A DNA stretch of 63,986 nucleotides, filler included, from Octopus bimaculoides (GCF_001194135.2; 5 parts of 4 records of this genome joined end to end with filler, not necessarily neighbours in it); one strand, 5' to 3'; shown: positions 14,286-27,518, numbered from the whole stretch's first letter. Made by a program: numbers and translations. Notes: a model not told the origin generated them from the letters alone.

Positions 14286-15036
14286 GGATCTTTTTTAAAA
14301 CGGGGGCCACATTTTTCATTAACGAAACACTTTGAAACTTGGAACACTGATAGAATGTGTCATATAAAACATCTTTTTCTCTTAGTCTTCTTAAAAAAAA
14401 AAGAAATCCCTAAGTTATTCCATGTTAAAGTTGTATTTCTGTAATTTCAACCAATCACTGACGTCCATTNNNNNNNNNNNNNNNNNNNNNNNNNNNNNNN
14501 NNNNNNNNNNNNNNNNNNNNNNNNNNNNNNNNNNNNNNNNNNNNNNNNNNNNNNNNNNNNNNNNNNNNNNNNNNNNNNNNNNNNNNNNNNNNNNNNNNNN
14601 NNNNNNNNNNNNNNNNNNNNNNNNNNNNNNNNNNNNNNNNNNNNNNNNNNNNNNNNNNNNNNNNNNNNNNNNNNNNNNNNNNNNNNNNNNNNNNNNNNNN
14701 NNNNNNNNNNNNNNNCAAATTTAAAAAGAAAAAAGCAAATAAAACGAAGAAAAAAAGAAAATGAAAAAAGCAAATTTAAAATGAAAAACGCAAATAAAAC
14801 GAAGCTATGGCTTAATCAGCCAAAGGAGTAAATGTAAACAACTGAATACTTGTCAGTGATTGGTTGAAATTATCGAAATAAGACAATTTTTTACATGAAA
14901 TAAATTCGAATACAAACATATTTTTCTGTTCTATAACACAAAATAGATAAATATACGAAGTTTGAAAGTCTTTCGGTACCAAAAACACTACGTAAAACAT
15001 TAATGAAAAATGTGGCCCCCGTTTTAAAAAAGATCC
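14286..15036. mobile_element. Non-autonomous DNA transposon (MITE), copy 1, 8-bp TSD GGCAAACC
   Basis: TIR GGATCTTTTTTAAAACGGGGGCCACATTTTTCATTAA at both ends in inverted orientation. Identical 8-mers at 14278-14285 and 15037-15044. Confidence 0.9.
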
Positions 15037-15289
15037 GGCAAACCTCCTACAAAAACAAAATGAAATAGAGATGATAGAGGAAATTTAAATATAAATATAA
15101 ATTTTATAATCCATGACATTTATTCTTTTTTCCTTTATTCTCTTAACGGTTTCAGTCACCGGAGTGCGGCCGTGCTGGAGCACAGCCGTAGTTCTTTTTT
15201 TCTTTTTGTTTTAATTTTGTTGTCATTTTATCATGGAAAGTTGGTCGATGATCGAATTTGTAGCTGCTGATCTCCCCTGAATGTATATT

Positions 15290-16075
15290 TAAATGGTTGT
15301 TTGGCCCGGTATCCTCACTAGGAGTTCATACGTTTCCGTTTTGAGGAAACCTCAGAGAATGTCTCTTTGACTTCCTGCGGGATATGAATCAATCTGTTCT
15401 TCTCTTGTCGTGAAGGTTCGCAGAATCCATCTTATGAGATGTCTGCGTTTAGAGGTCAGTTTGTTGATGTGGCTGAAGAAAGATGCATTTTTTTGACATG
15501 ATTATTCCTTAATCTCGTATGTCGTAAATGCTCTGAACCATTGTATTATCTGATGCAAATTTGGGGATTTGTGTCTATTCCCTCAGAAATGAAAGGCCTG
15601 AAGTTCTGTTGTATTAAATTTCATACTATTTTTCCCGCCTATTCATAAATGATCTTCATTTCATTTTGAGGTGTGATGGCATCTTCTGGCGTTTGGGTAG
15701 CCATTGGTATTTTTGTGTCGTCAGTGTAACTCATTATGTTAGCCGATTGCACTTGTGCGCTTATGCCTGATAGGGTTGAGGTAAATAATAATTGTCCTAG
15801 AACCGTACCCTGAGACATAACAACTATTACGTGTGACTTTGTTGAGAGATAACCGTTTGGAGCAACAGATTGATTCCTATCCCGTAAGAAGGGAAAGATC
15901 CGTTCTCCGACTTATTCTATGGCGGAGGATTCCATGATCAATCTTGTCAAACGCTTTAGAAAAGTCATGGCATAATCTGTCAGTGTCCTTTCCATTCAGG
16001 AGATTATTAAGCGACCCACTCAAGTCTGTGATTAGGGATTTCAGGGCTGATAGTGTGCTGGCGTCCTCGGTGTTA
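15290..16075 (-). mobile_element. CR1/L2-like LINE reverse transcriptase fragment (degenerate)
   Basis: Minus-strand motifs DFSKAFDKIDHGIL, S.VPQGTVLG.LLF and SYTDDTKI. Confidence 0.75.
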
Positions 16076-16835
16076 GTGGGTCACTCTCCCATGAAGAAGG
16101 AATTTTATTCCTGAATATTATCAGACTATGGATGAGTAAATTATAGCCCATTTTTTTGTATTATAGTGCATTGTTGTACCATTCAAAACTTTTCACAAAC
16201 AATACACAATGCTTCAAGCGAACTATAATACTCTCCTATCTCTACGCCTGGGCCAGGCTGAGTTCGCAACCGCCTCCCAACACCATCACGAACATACATC
16301 TACCGTCGTGTTTCCACAGTCTTGCCCTTCGACGATCACTGAAATACATACATACGTTCGTCATCAGAAGAATGATACACTATCTAAACCAACAACTACA
16401 TGAGCACATACGCAAATTCTTTGAAATAAGATACAGCATCACGTCAACCATACCGAAGAACAACCGCAGCTATTGACCCATGTTACCACCACTGCGTTGA
16501 CCAAGAGAAGAAACGCCTCAAACTTAAATTCCAGTGGCTTTGTAACAAATACCGACACAACTCGGCCTATGACACCAACACAGATGAACAGGACACGCCC
16601 ACCGAACGAAATAACACTAACACCGAGGACGCCAGCACACCATCAGCAACGGAATCCCTAGTCACAGACTTTAGTGGGTCACTCTCCCATGAAGAACAAG
16701 CAACCTTTCTAGTCTGGGCCATAAATTATCTGAAGAAGGAATTTTCTTCCGAAATATTATCAGACTATGGATGACTAAATTATGGCCCATTGTTTGTATT
16801 ATAGTGCATTGTTGTACCATTCAAAACATTTTACA
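16075..16835 (+). mobile_element. Penelope-like fragment with direct terminal repeats
   Basis: About 120-150 bp direct repeat at 16075-16192 and 16673-16830. Internal LNQQLHEHIR resembles the GIY-YIG L..R..EH motif. Related sequence at 45430-45615. Confidence 0.5.
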
Positions 16836-16969
16836 CAATATATATACATACCCACACACAATGAGTTTCTTTGACCTAGGTGTCGAGAAAACACTCTGCA
16901 TGAAACGGAAAGAAAATTGAAAGAAGAAAGGGTAATAACAACAACAACAACAACAACACCAACAACAAC

Positions 16970-17003
<34 letters not shown>

Positions 17004-17050
17004 TTTNNNNNNNNNNNNNNNNNNNNNNNNNNNNNNNNNNNNNNNNNNNN

Positions 17051-17062
17051 TTAATTAATTAA
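17051..17062. other. Artificial scaffold spacer TTAATTAATTAA (also 30938, 43381, 62859)
   Basis: Identical 12-mer with stops in all six frames, each flanked by 44 N on either side (100 total). Confidence 0.95.
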
Positions 17063-17128
17063 NNNNNNNNNNNNNNNNNNNNNNNNNNNNNNNNNNNNNN
17101 NNNNNNGTATGGCATGTTGGTATTTGGC

Positions 17129-17167
<39 letters not shown>

Positions 17168-17359
17168 TTTCTTCCTTTCTGGTCTGCTCTGGTGGTGTGG
17201 TGTGACGTGGTGTGGCACAGGTGAAGAGTGCAATCTGGATTACAAAGAGGTGTTAAGGTGCGAAGGAAAACTTCGAAGATTTCTTTTCATTTATAACGTG
17301 TATTTCATTCAATTTAACGTGTGTATGTGAGAGAGAGAGAGAAAGAGAGAGATGGGGAA

Positions 17360-17391
<32 letters not shown>

Positions 17392-17470
17392 TATGTGATT
17401 GTGGAGGAGAGTGGGTATGATGGTGATAGGGGTAAGCGGGTGGCACTGATTCTTACCGAACTTTTTACGC

Positions 17471-17528
<58 letters not shown>

Positions 17529-17796
17529 ATGTACATGTATGCATATATATGTGTATTTAGACGTGAATGTCTATCTATATATATATATACATATATATAT
17601 ATACATACATACACTTCTCTCTCTTATAGTGTGCGTATGTATATGTGTGTATATATATATGTATATATATATATATACACACACACACATACATACACAT
17701 ATCTATACGTATATATATGCGTATCATCCATAGATTTTTATAGGTGTATATATGCATATACACCTATACATGCATACATTAATATACATGCATGCA

Positions 17797-17830
<34 letters not shown>

Positions 17831-19259
17831 CAAACCTTGCGAGAAAATTATTTAAACACGGGGGAAAAAACCCAACAGTACAAGTAAACATGGGAAATAA
17901 ATATGGCTGACAAATAAGATGTATATAAAACTACGACCAACGTCACATGTGCACGATTGTATAGATATAGATGCATATAGAAATATATATGTCTCTATTT
18001 ACTCTCTCGTCCGTTTGTCTATCTCTTCATCTGTCTGTCTTCCTATCTATCGGTTTATCTATCTATCTATCTTTCTATTTATCTATCTATCTATTTGTCT
18101 ATCTATCTATACAATTTCACATATACAGACTAACTTATATATGGTAATACATGTGTGTGTATGTGTATACATACATACATATAGTATTTCATTCCAGGCG
18201 CTAAACACACACCCTATTCGTGATATACACACAACTACATTTCCAAACACACACACACACACACACATACACACACACACACAATCTGACAATAATATCA
18301 CCAAAGACGTGGACACATCCGTCCACATTAAACACAAAAAATAAATCATACACACTTCAAGATATATATATACATAAATATATACATATATATATATATA
18401 TTATGTGTGTGTGTATAATAATGTCTATTTAGTCGTTATTACGCGACTACAATATACATTTTTATTCATTTTGTTCCTCTTTGTATTTTTTCTTCCTTCT
18501 GGAGAAGGTTATGGTAATTGGCGTGTGACAGCGAGTGCAGAAGACAAAACAAACCNNNNNNNNNNNNNNNNNNNNNNNNNNNNNNNNNNNNNNNNNNNNN
18601 NNNNNNNNNNNNNNNNNNNNNNNNNNNNNNNNNNNNNNNNNNNNNNNNNNNNNNNNNNNNNNNNNNNNNNNNNNNNNNNNNNNNNNNNNNNNNNNNNNNN
18701 NNNNNNNNNNNNNNNNNNNNNNNNNNNNNNNNNNNNNNNNNNNNNNNNNNNNNNNNNNNNNNNNNNNNNNNNNNNNNNNNNNNNNNNNNNNNNNNNNNNN
18801 NNNNNNNNNNNNNNNNNNNNNNNNNNNNNNNNNNNNNNNNNNNNNNNNNNNNNNNNNNNNNNNNNNNNNNNNNNNNNNNNNNNNNNNNNNNNNNNNNNNN
18901 NNNNNNNNNNNNNNNNNNNNNNNNNNNNNNNNNNNNNNNNNNNNNNNNNNNNNNNNNNNNNNNNNNNNNNNNNNNNNNNNNNNNNNNNNNNNNNNNNNNN
19001 NNNNNNNNNNNNNNNNNNNNNNNNNNNNNNNNNNNNNNNNNNNNNNNNNNNNNNNNNNNNNNNNNNNNNNNNNNNNNNNNNNNNNNNNNNNNNNNNNNNN
19101 NNNNNNNNNNNNNNNNNNNNNNNNNNNNNNNNNNNNNNNNNNNNNNNNNNNNNNNNNNNNNNNNNNNNNNNNNNNNNNNNNNNNNNNNNNNNNNATATAT
19201 ATGTATATATATATATATATATGTGTGTGTGTATGTATGCACTCACACACACATCTTCA

Positions 19260-19870
19260 TAGGTTTGTCGTTCTCTTTCTTGTCATAAATGCAAATCCAA
19301 GACCGTTTCCTACAAACGCCTTTTCTTTCCCTTGTCTCTTTTTTTTTTTGTCGTCTTATCGTTTCTCTAATTATCTTTTATGTCCCATCCTTTATTTTCA
19401 TTTCATTTTCCTTCTTTACATTTCTTCTTCTTCCACTCATTCTTCAATCATATAAACTCTTCAGCGAAAGTTTCTCTTCCCAATCACTTTCTTTCTTTTT
19501 ATACTCTTTTCTATTCTTCTCTCCTATTTCTCTATACTTCTCTGTTCCCTCTCATTATTGTTCTTTCTTCTTCTTCTTTCATTCTTTCCGCAGCAGTTCA
19601 TTCATATTTCTTTCACTCTTTTTCTCTTCTTCTTCTTCTTCTTCTTCATTTATCCATTCTTCACCTTCATTCCTTTTCTTCTACTTCATTTTTCTTCATT
19701 CTCCTTTCACTCATTCTTACACACTCTTTTTTTCCTACCTTCCCTCCTTCACTTTTTATTCATTTTTCTTTGTTCATTTCTTTGTTCATTCTTCTTCATT
19801 CATTCCCTTTTACTTCTTCATTGCCTTCATTCTTCTTTCAATCATTCATACAGACTTCTTCGTATAAAAC
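19260..19870. repeat. CT-rich low-complexity tract
   Basis: Degenerate (CTT)n/(CATT)n; explains the Phe/Ser-rich ORFs. Confidence 0.9.
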
Positions 19871-20049
19871 TCATCATAACTCTTGTCCTTGATGTTATTG
19901 GAAACCAGTAGCTATCAGAAATTCAACTATCTCTCCGTCTTACATCTGTTTGTCTGTCTGTCCTCTTGTCTTTCCATATCTACCCATCCAGCTGTGTGTC
20001 TGTCTATCCGCTTCGACGCTGTGCCCTAGCATGGCCGCTGTCCAATCAC

Positions 20050-20720
20050 TGAAATTATCGAGTCATCCCACAAGTAATGTCCGTATTTTAAATGCAATCC
20101 TACCAAACAGAGAGAAGAAACTTCTTCGCATGAAGTTCCCTTTTCTATTGTGGTTGGGCCTTTTCTCCTTCACCAAGTCAAAGTCTACGATGCTTTACAT
20201 TTTCATACAAGACCCATTTTTTGTCACCGGTCACCAGTCTGTCCAAACAGGGCGAGATTAGTTCACGTGAACGAAAAAAATGAGCAGATGTCCACTCAGG
20301 ATTTTCGGTTGGCTTCAGACAAATCACGAGGTACCCATTTTCCGAGTTTTGGGACCTTTCACTTTTGGCGGTGAACGGTTGTATAGCTTGAAAGAAGCTT
20401 ACTTGCCAACTGTTAAACTGAAACCGGATGATAGCTTTCAAGTTTTGCCAAAAGGAGCTGGTCATTAAACTCATTTGGACGTATGGTTCGGGCCTCATCC
20501 TCAAGGCTGAAATCTCCACTTCTGATTTTTACAAACCATCTTCTGCAAGTTCTTTCATTTAGGCACTCTTCTCCATTAGCTGAGTGGATATTTCGAGTTA
20601 CTCCAGTTGCAGAGTTCCCTTTTTTTAAACTCATAAAGGGTTCTGTGTATCAAATGCTCCGTAGACGCTTCCATGTTTGAAGAACGATAATTAGTCTTGC
20701 AAAAATGAAATTTAATTGGT
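20050..20720 (-). mobile_element. Mariner transposase pseudogene
   Basis: MEASTEHLIHRTLYEFKK (ATG 20674), NSATGVTRNI..ERTCRRWFVKIRSGDFSLEDEAR (HTH region), KLGKWVPR, DRLVTGDKKWVLYEN (first catalytic-Asp motif). Multiple frameshifts. Confidence 0.9.
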
Positions 20721-21133
20721 TTAGATATGCCGAAATACATATAAATATTATTTGATGCCATTAGACATTCTAGAATTCTGTTGAAGTGTTTGCAAATTGA
20801 TGCAAAGCGTTTTGGGACGCTTAAACACACCAACGTTAGTTTGAAGAGAAAACGAATTTATTCGCTAAAACGAATTCAGAAAATTTCTATATTTTGTATT
20901 CGTTGTTGCCGTAATAAAATGTTAGATCATGTCCCCAAAGGCTCTTGTGTTCAGTCCCATTGGATGAAATAAGCCTTGTGAATGTATTTNNNNNNNNNNN
21001 NNNNNNNNNNNNNNNNNNNNNNNNNNNNNNNNNNNNNNNNNNNNNNNNNNNNNNNNNNNNNNNNNNNNNNNNNNNNNNNNNNNNNNNNNNNNNNNNNNNN
21101 NNNNNNNNNNNNNNNNNNNNNNNNNNNNNNNNN

Positions 21134-21180
<47 letters not shown>

Positions 21181-21469
21181 AATTTAAAGTAAACAGAAAA
21201 TGGAGAAATATTTATCAACAACAATTGACTAAAATCAGTTATTACTTTTTAATATAAATAGACTGTATCCCACCTAACAGCTGTTTCTGCTTCCAATGTT
21301 CCACAGTATTGCCATTGAAAATTCTGAAAATAATATTCAACATATTCGGTAACACATCGCGTCGACGGTGTAAGGTATTTACTGGTGGTCGAGAGGGTAC
21401 GAAGTTATCCGCGATCCTTATGTTAGTGTTTTGCTTACGATCGCGTCGACGACGTAAGGTAGGATGGTG

Positions 21470-22075
21470 ATGATGTCGGTTGTGGTAGATTCTTTTCTTT
21501 ATGGTAATTATGTGGCTATGATGATTATGATGATTGTTATGATGATAGGCATTGGTGGTGGTGATTATGATGATGGTGGTAGCTACAATTTCCATGATGG
21601 TGATGCGGATGCAATCAGAGAGCAGAGATGAGGATTATGGTGGCATGATGATGATGGTAGAGTTTGAGATGCTGACATTGACCTCATGATGATGATGGAA
21701 ATGATGATGATGATAGTTATGATCATGATGGCGCTGATGCTGGGGCGATTAGAGAGCAAATAATGATGATGGTAGTAATGCTGCTGCTGATGATGATGGT
21801 TATGATTACGATGAAGGTGACGCCGATGCCATCAAAGAGCAAAGATGACGACGATGATGATGATGGTGATGGAATGATGACAATGCTGTGAGGCTGTCAG
21901 TGATGTCATGATGATGATGCTAATGATGGTAATGATGATGATGATGATAAGAGTGATGGTTACTGATGTGGTAATAATGATGTTGATTCTGATGATGATG
22001 TCGCTTGTAGGAATCAGAGAAATGGTGATGGTTACAATTGTGGTGGTGGTGATGATGATGATCATGATGGTGATA
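21470..22075. repeat. Degenerate (GAT)n/(GGT)n tract
   Basis: Directly visible; explains the Met/Ile/His-rich ORFs. Confidence 0.9.
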
Positions 22076-22159
22076 TGGAGAAAAAAAAAGAAGGGACCGT
22101 GTCCTTCCTCTTACAATATTATTTCGCCTTACCACACCCATACACAAACTCTTTGTCTT

Positions 22160-22199
<40 letters not shown>

Positions 22200-24412
22200 A
22201 TACACACACAAACACATATAAAAATACATAGGGAAGTAAATAAAAAAAATGAGAAAAAAATACAGTGAACGAGAAAAAAGGGGCGACCTTGTCCCGAAAT
22301 TATGTATATTTTTTTTTACTTATTTTTCAGAAATATTCCCTTGTTGCACCCTTGAACTGCGCTCAAATATGGCGGACTCTTGATAAGGTCAGTGGCAAGA
22401 TGTCATAACAGGAGAGCAACGAGAACAGCAGCGAAGGGGAATGTGGGGAGAAAGGGCGGTGGGGAGAAACCGACTTATCGGTGTCTCTGTTGTGTGTATG
22501 NNNNNNNNNNNNNNNNNNNNNNNNNNNNNNNNNNNNNNNNNNNNNNNNNNNNNNNNNNNNNNNNNNNNNNNNNNNNNNNNNNNNNNNNNNNNNNNNNNNN
22601 NNNNNNNNNNNNNNNNNNNNNNNNNNNNNNNNNNNNNNNNNNNNNNNNNNNNNNNNNNNNNNNNNNNNNNNNNNNNNNNNNNNNNNNNNNNNNNNNNNNN
22701 NNNNNNNNNNNNNNNNNNNNNNNNNNNNNNNNNNNNNNNNNNNNNNNNNNNNNNNNNNNNNNNNNNNNNNNNNNNNNNNNNNNNNNNNNNNNNNNNNNNN
22801 NNNNNNNNNNNNNNNNNNNNNNNNNNNNNNNNNNNNNNNNNNNNNNNNNNNNNNNNNNNNNNNNNNNNNNNNNNNNNNNNNNNNNNNNNNNNNNNNNNNN
22901 NNNNNNNNNNNNNNNNNNNNNNNNNNNNNNNNNNNNNNNNNNNNNNNNNNNNNNNNNNNNNNNNNNNNNNNNNNNNNNNNNNNNNNNNNNNNNNNNNNNN
23001 NNNNNNNNNNNNNNNNNNNNNNNNNNNNNNNNNNNNNNNNNNNNNNNNNNNNNNNNNNNNNNNNNNNNNNNNNNNNNNNNNNNNNNNNNNNNNNNNNNNN
23101 NNNNNNNNNNNNNNNNNNNNNNNNNNNNNNNNNNNNNNNNNNNNNNNNNNNNNNNNNNNNNNNNNNNNNNNNNNNNNNNNNNNNNNNNNNNNNNNNNNNN
23201 NNNNNNNNNNNNNNNNNNNNNNNNNNNNNNNNNNNNNNNNNNNNNNNNNNNNNNNNNNNNNNNNNNNNNNNNNNNNNNNNNNNNNNNNNNNNNNNNNNNN
23301 NNNNNNNNNNNNNNNNNNNNNNNNNNNNNNNNNNNNNNNNNNNNNNNNNNNNNNNNNNNNNNNNNNNNNNNNNNNNNNNNNNNNNNNNNNNNNNNNNNNN
23401 NNNNNNNNNNNNNNNNNNNNNNNNNNNNNNNNNNATATATATATATACGTACATACTATTTTGGAAACGGTAGATCATTTTATAACATTCATGCTTTCAA
23501 ATATCTCAATCAAATACATGTACTAATTCCTCAAACTGGTACAGTACGAAGCATATGACCATATGTAATAAATCATTCTAATTTTTAAATCTAGCCATAT
23601 ATATATATATATACGTGTGTGTGTGTGTGAGAGAGAGAGAGAGTGTGTGGATGTGTACATATGTACATAAAGTTACAAATTACCGAGAAATACTTTCACG
23701 AAATTTCTTGAACAATAAGAAAATTCTAATATCATGACAAACTGTTTCGTATCTTTAAAACGTAAGTAATTTATATTATTATGTTTAATAATAAATAAAT
23801 TACTTACATGCCTCCATTAATGCAAAAGACAAATAATGCTTCAAAATATTATGTATATTCTTTTACTCTTTTACGTGTTTCAGTCATTTGACTGCAGCCA
23901 TGCTGGAGCATATATTTAACATTTTATATATGGTGCCTTGATTTATTTGTGCTATAAATACAAATTCACGTTTTCGTCTACACATGACTCAATTTATTCC
24001 AATGTGTTTATTTTTCTCCCAATATTTCCTTTCCTCAGGAGCTGACTCCTTCCGTCTGGCACCGCGTGGAGGTAGGAACATTGTTGGAATATATTACTGT
24101 AATTGTTGTTGTCGTCTTTATAACTATTTTGATGTTGTTTCTCTTATCGTTAATGTTTTTATTGCTTCTGTTGTTTTTTTATCGCTGGTGTTACTGTATT
24201 TCTCTTACTTTCGCCGTTGTTGCTGTTGTTATTACTATTGTTATTTTTATCGATGCTCTACATGTTACTACTATTTATTGTTGAGCTCTGATCAGCACTG
24301 ACTATGCAAACCCATTATCAAAGATATTCAAGCCGGGACTATCACGGTAAATTTAGGAGCATCTAGGAATGCATTATTACAATGTGCTCATTTTAAATTT
24401 ATGAACTGAGAA

Positions 24413-24625
24413 CAGCAGCTTTCAACCGTGGCTTTGAGGGCCGCATGCAGCCATCAAGCATCCTTTTTGCGGCCCTCGATGATCTTCTCTCTAAAAATGT
24501 AATAAATTTTTCTTTAATTGGCTTGTATTTTAATTTTTTGATGCGGCCCCCTAAAAAAAAAACAAAAAAAAATCAATCCAGCTTTTGGATCGGGCCCCTG
24601 ATATTAGAAACGTTGATATGGCAGA
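24413..24625. mobile_element. hAT-type MITE remnant
   Basis: Repeated GCGGCCC/GGGCCGCATGC motifs typical of Charlie-like hAT subtermini. Ends are degenerate. Confidence 0.4.
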
Positions 24626-25217
24626 AGTCAATTCGTGACCGAATATGACCAATTCTTAAACCCAATAAGTTCTGAGAGTCCAAGACATTCCAGTCGATGA
24701 AGGATGGCACCACATGGAGCCCACCTTTCCGCTTCATGAACCTATAAAGCCAGCGTCCCACAGAGGGGCAGTCGACTACAAATGCCGATTCTAAATGCTT
24801 GTATTCAATAATGATAATAATAATAGGAAAAGTGAAAGATAGAACAAGAATTGAACGTGGAATGCAAAGGAGTTTCGTCTGACGTTCTAACAATTCGGCT
24901 AAATCGCTGTTCGTGTTTGTGTGTGCGTGCGTGCATACATGCACGCATGTGTGGATATATGTATATGAGTGTGTATATATACGTATGTATATGTATGCAT
25001 GTGTGTATGTATATAAACACGGGTGCATGTCTAATATATATATTTATGAACATATCTGTATGTGCTGGTGTGTGTGTGTGTATGTATGTCTGTAAATTTG
25101 TATGCATGTGCGTGTGTGCGCCTGTGTACCTATACATGTAAGTGCTTGTGTGTATGTGTCTGTGTATATATGTGTGTTATGTGTATATATGAGTATAGTA
25201 TATTGAGTGTATATATT

Positions 25218-25260
<43 letters not shown>

Positions 25261-25689
25261 TGTGTATATATGTATGCGTGTGTGTGTGCGTACGTATGTG
25301 TGTATGTATGTATGTATGTGTGTGTCAGTGTCTGCGTAATGAGGGGTGGGCTATTATGGACCCAGGACATAACTTTAAATACAGCAACACATTAATTATA
25401 ATAATTAACGTCCTTCGACTTCGGTGTAAGACAAGGCGACGCGTTTAATGCAATGTCATTTTTACCAGAACGGACGGAAAGAGAAACCGTGGGATCGGGT
25501 GGTGAGAACTTAGTTCGCGTCCGGCTTTTTGCTCCCTCGGGGGGAGTATTTAAGCTACTAATACATCTACTATTACTATTACTACTGGTGCGTAATTAAG
25601 CCAGGCCTGCAATCTAATTTCGATATTAGTTCAAAGGGAAAATGTTTGGGGACTGACTAGGGTTAGCAGTGTTTTTTGTTAGTGTTGTA

Positions 25690-26030
25690 GGTGTATGTGT
25701 ATGAATGTGTAGCTCTGTGTATGTGTGAGTGTGTGTACGTATATGTGACTATAGCTGTGTGTGTATGGATGTGTAGCTCTGTGTGTGTGCGTGTGTGTAT
25801 AACTGTGTAGCTGTGTGTGTGGATGTGTAGCTCTGTATGTGTGTGTGGATATGTAACTGTCGGTGTGTTGTAGTGACTGTATGTGTGTGTACGTATGTAT
25901 GACTGTAACTGTGTGTGTATGGATGTGTAGCTCTGTGTATTTGTGTATGTGTGTATGACTGTGTAGCTGTGTGTGTGGATGTGTAGCACTGTATGTGTGT
26001 ATGTTGATATGTAACTGTGTGTATGACCGT
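25690..26030. repeat. Complex GT-rich minisatellite (unit approximately GTGTAGCT(CT)GTGTGTGT(AT)GGAT)
   Basis: Recurring GGATGTGTAGCT motif among GT repeats. Confidence 0.7.
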
Positions 26031-26599
26031 GTATTTGTGTGTGCATGTGTGTGTGCGCGCTTGTGTATATCTTTCTCAAGGAAATTATGTAAACCTGCTT
26101 TGTGCGTGTGCATATATATTCATGTATGGGTAAATGTATGGATATATGAGTGTGTGTATGTGTTATGTTAGTTGCTTAGTAGTGTGTTTGTGGTGTGTGT
26201 TTGTTGTGTGTGTGTGTGAGAGAGAGAAAGTCTGGTGTATACCTTGAGGAATGTGTGTAAAACTACTTTGTTTGTGTGTGCATGTGTGTGCTTGTGTTGT
26301 ATTAGTTATTAGTGTGTGTGCGTGCATGTGTAGCAGTGTTTGGGAGCGAATATTCTTTTATCCTTTTACTTGTTTCAGTCAATTGACTGCGGCCATGCTG
26401 GTGCACCAGGTGTCTTTATGTATGTTTATATCTACTTAGCAATGTGTTTGTGTATGAATGTGTATGTGCGTATACATGTGTGTGTGTGTGTATTTCGCTT
26501 AATAGTATGAGTGTTTATATATGTGGCTAATATGTGTGTATATGTCTAAATTTGATTAATGGTGTGTGTGTGTGTGTGTGTATGTATATATATATATGT

Positions 26600-26710
<111 letters not shown>

Positions 26711-27201
26711 TATGTATATATATATATGCTTGTGAGTTTGGTGCATGTGATAGCAAATGTGTATGGTTATATCTAGCAGAATGCGTTGATGTTATGTAAC
26801 CACTGGTTAGCTCTGATCGAGTAGTCTTGTGATTAGTTGCAATCCATCAGTAACAAACATATTTTTAAGGTGACAAATGCGGTTTGGTTTGTGGGAGACT
26901 TGGCCAGCTATTTCTAGCTGGTGCACCGACCAGATAGAGGTTTCTCTTAGTATTCGTCTTGCAAAATGTGTGTGTGTGTGTGTGTGTGTGTGTGGTAAGC
27001 AACGTGTGTGTCAATATCCGAAAGTGTGTGTGTGTGTGTATGTCTGTTGAAGTATATATATCTGTGGCTGAGTATTGCTGACAATCTATGTGTGTGTGTA
27101 TATGCCATAGCATGTGTCACTATGTGCTCAGAAGGACATGTGTTTTCTGACGCGTGGTGTTTTGTGTGTGTGTGTACAGCACGTATGTGTGTGCGCGCGC
27201 G

Positions 27202-27250
<49 letters not shown>

Positions 27251-27270
27251 ATATATATACATCTAGCCAG

Positions 27271-27343
27271 TCCTCGGTAGTATAGTGGCCAAGTATCCTC
27301 GCATATCACGCAGGTGACCGGGGTTCGATTCTTCGCCGGGGAT
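27271..27343 (+). pseudogene. tRNA-Asp: tRNA-Asp-derived pseudogene (anticodon position reads ATC)
   Basis: TCCTCGGTAGTATAGTGG..TATC..ATCACGC..GACCGGGGTTCGATTC aligns to canonical metazoan tRNA-Asp(GTC). Mismatches in the anticodon, T and acceptor stems. Confidence 0.8.
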
Positions 27344-27479
27344 GCAAGTTAAATTCATTTTAACGGTTGTGCCCCAGCATGGCCGCATCNNNNNNNNNNN
27401 NNNNNNNNNNNNNNNNNNNNNNNNNNNNNNNNNNNNNNNNNNNNNNNNNNNNNNNNNNNNNNNNNNNNNNNNNNNNNNN

Positions 27480-27518
<39 letters not shown>

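Noticed and set aside
17051-17062. Palindromic TTAATTAATTAA recurring four times
   Set aside because: Always centred in a 100-nt N spacer; a synthetic linker, not biology.
22363-23558. Long ORFs in the track (also 11063-12196, 46317-47489, 60651-61720 and others)
   Set aside because: They run through N gaps or simple repeats (X-, HT-, YI-, CV-rich).
27180-27260. (GT)n(GC)n(AC)n Z-DNA-prone tract next to the tRNA-like sequence
   Set aside because: Such tracts are ubiquitous in this window; not distinctive.
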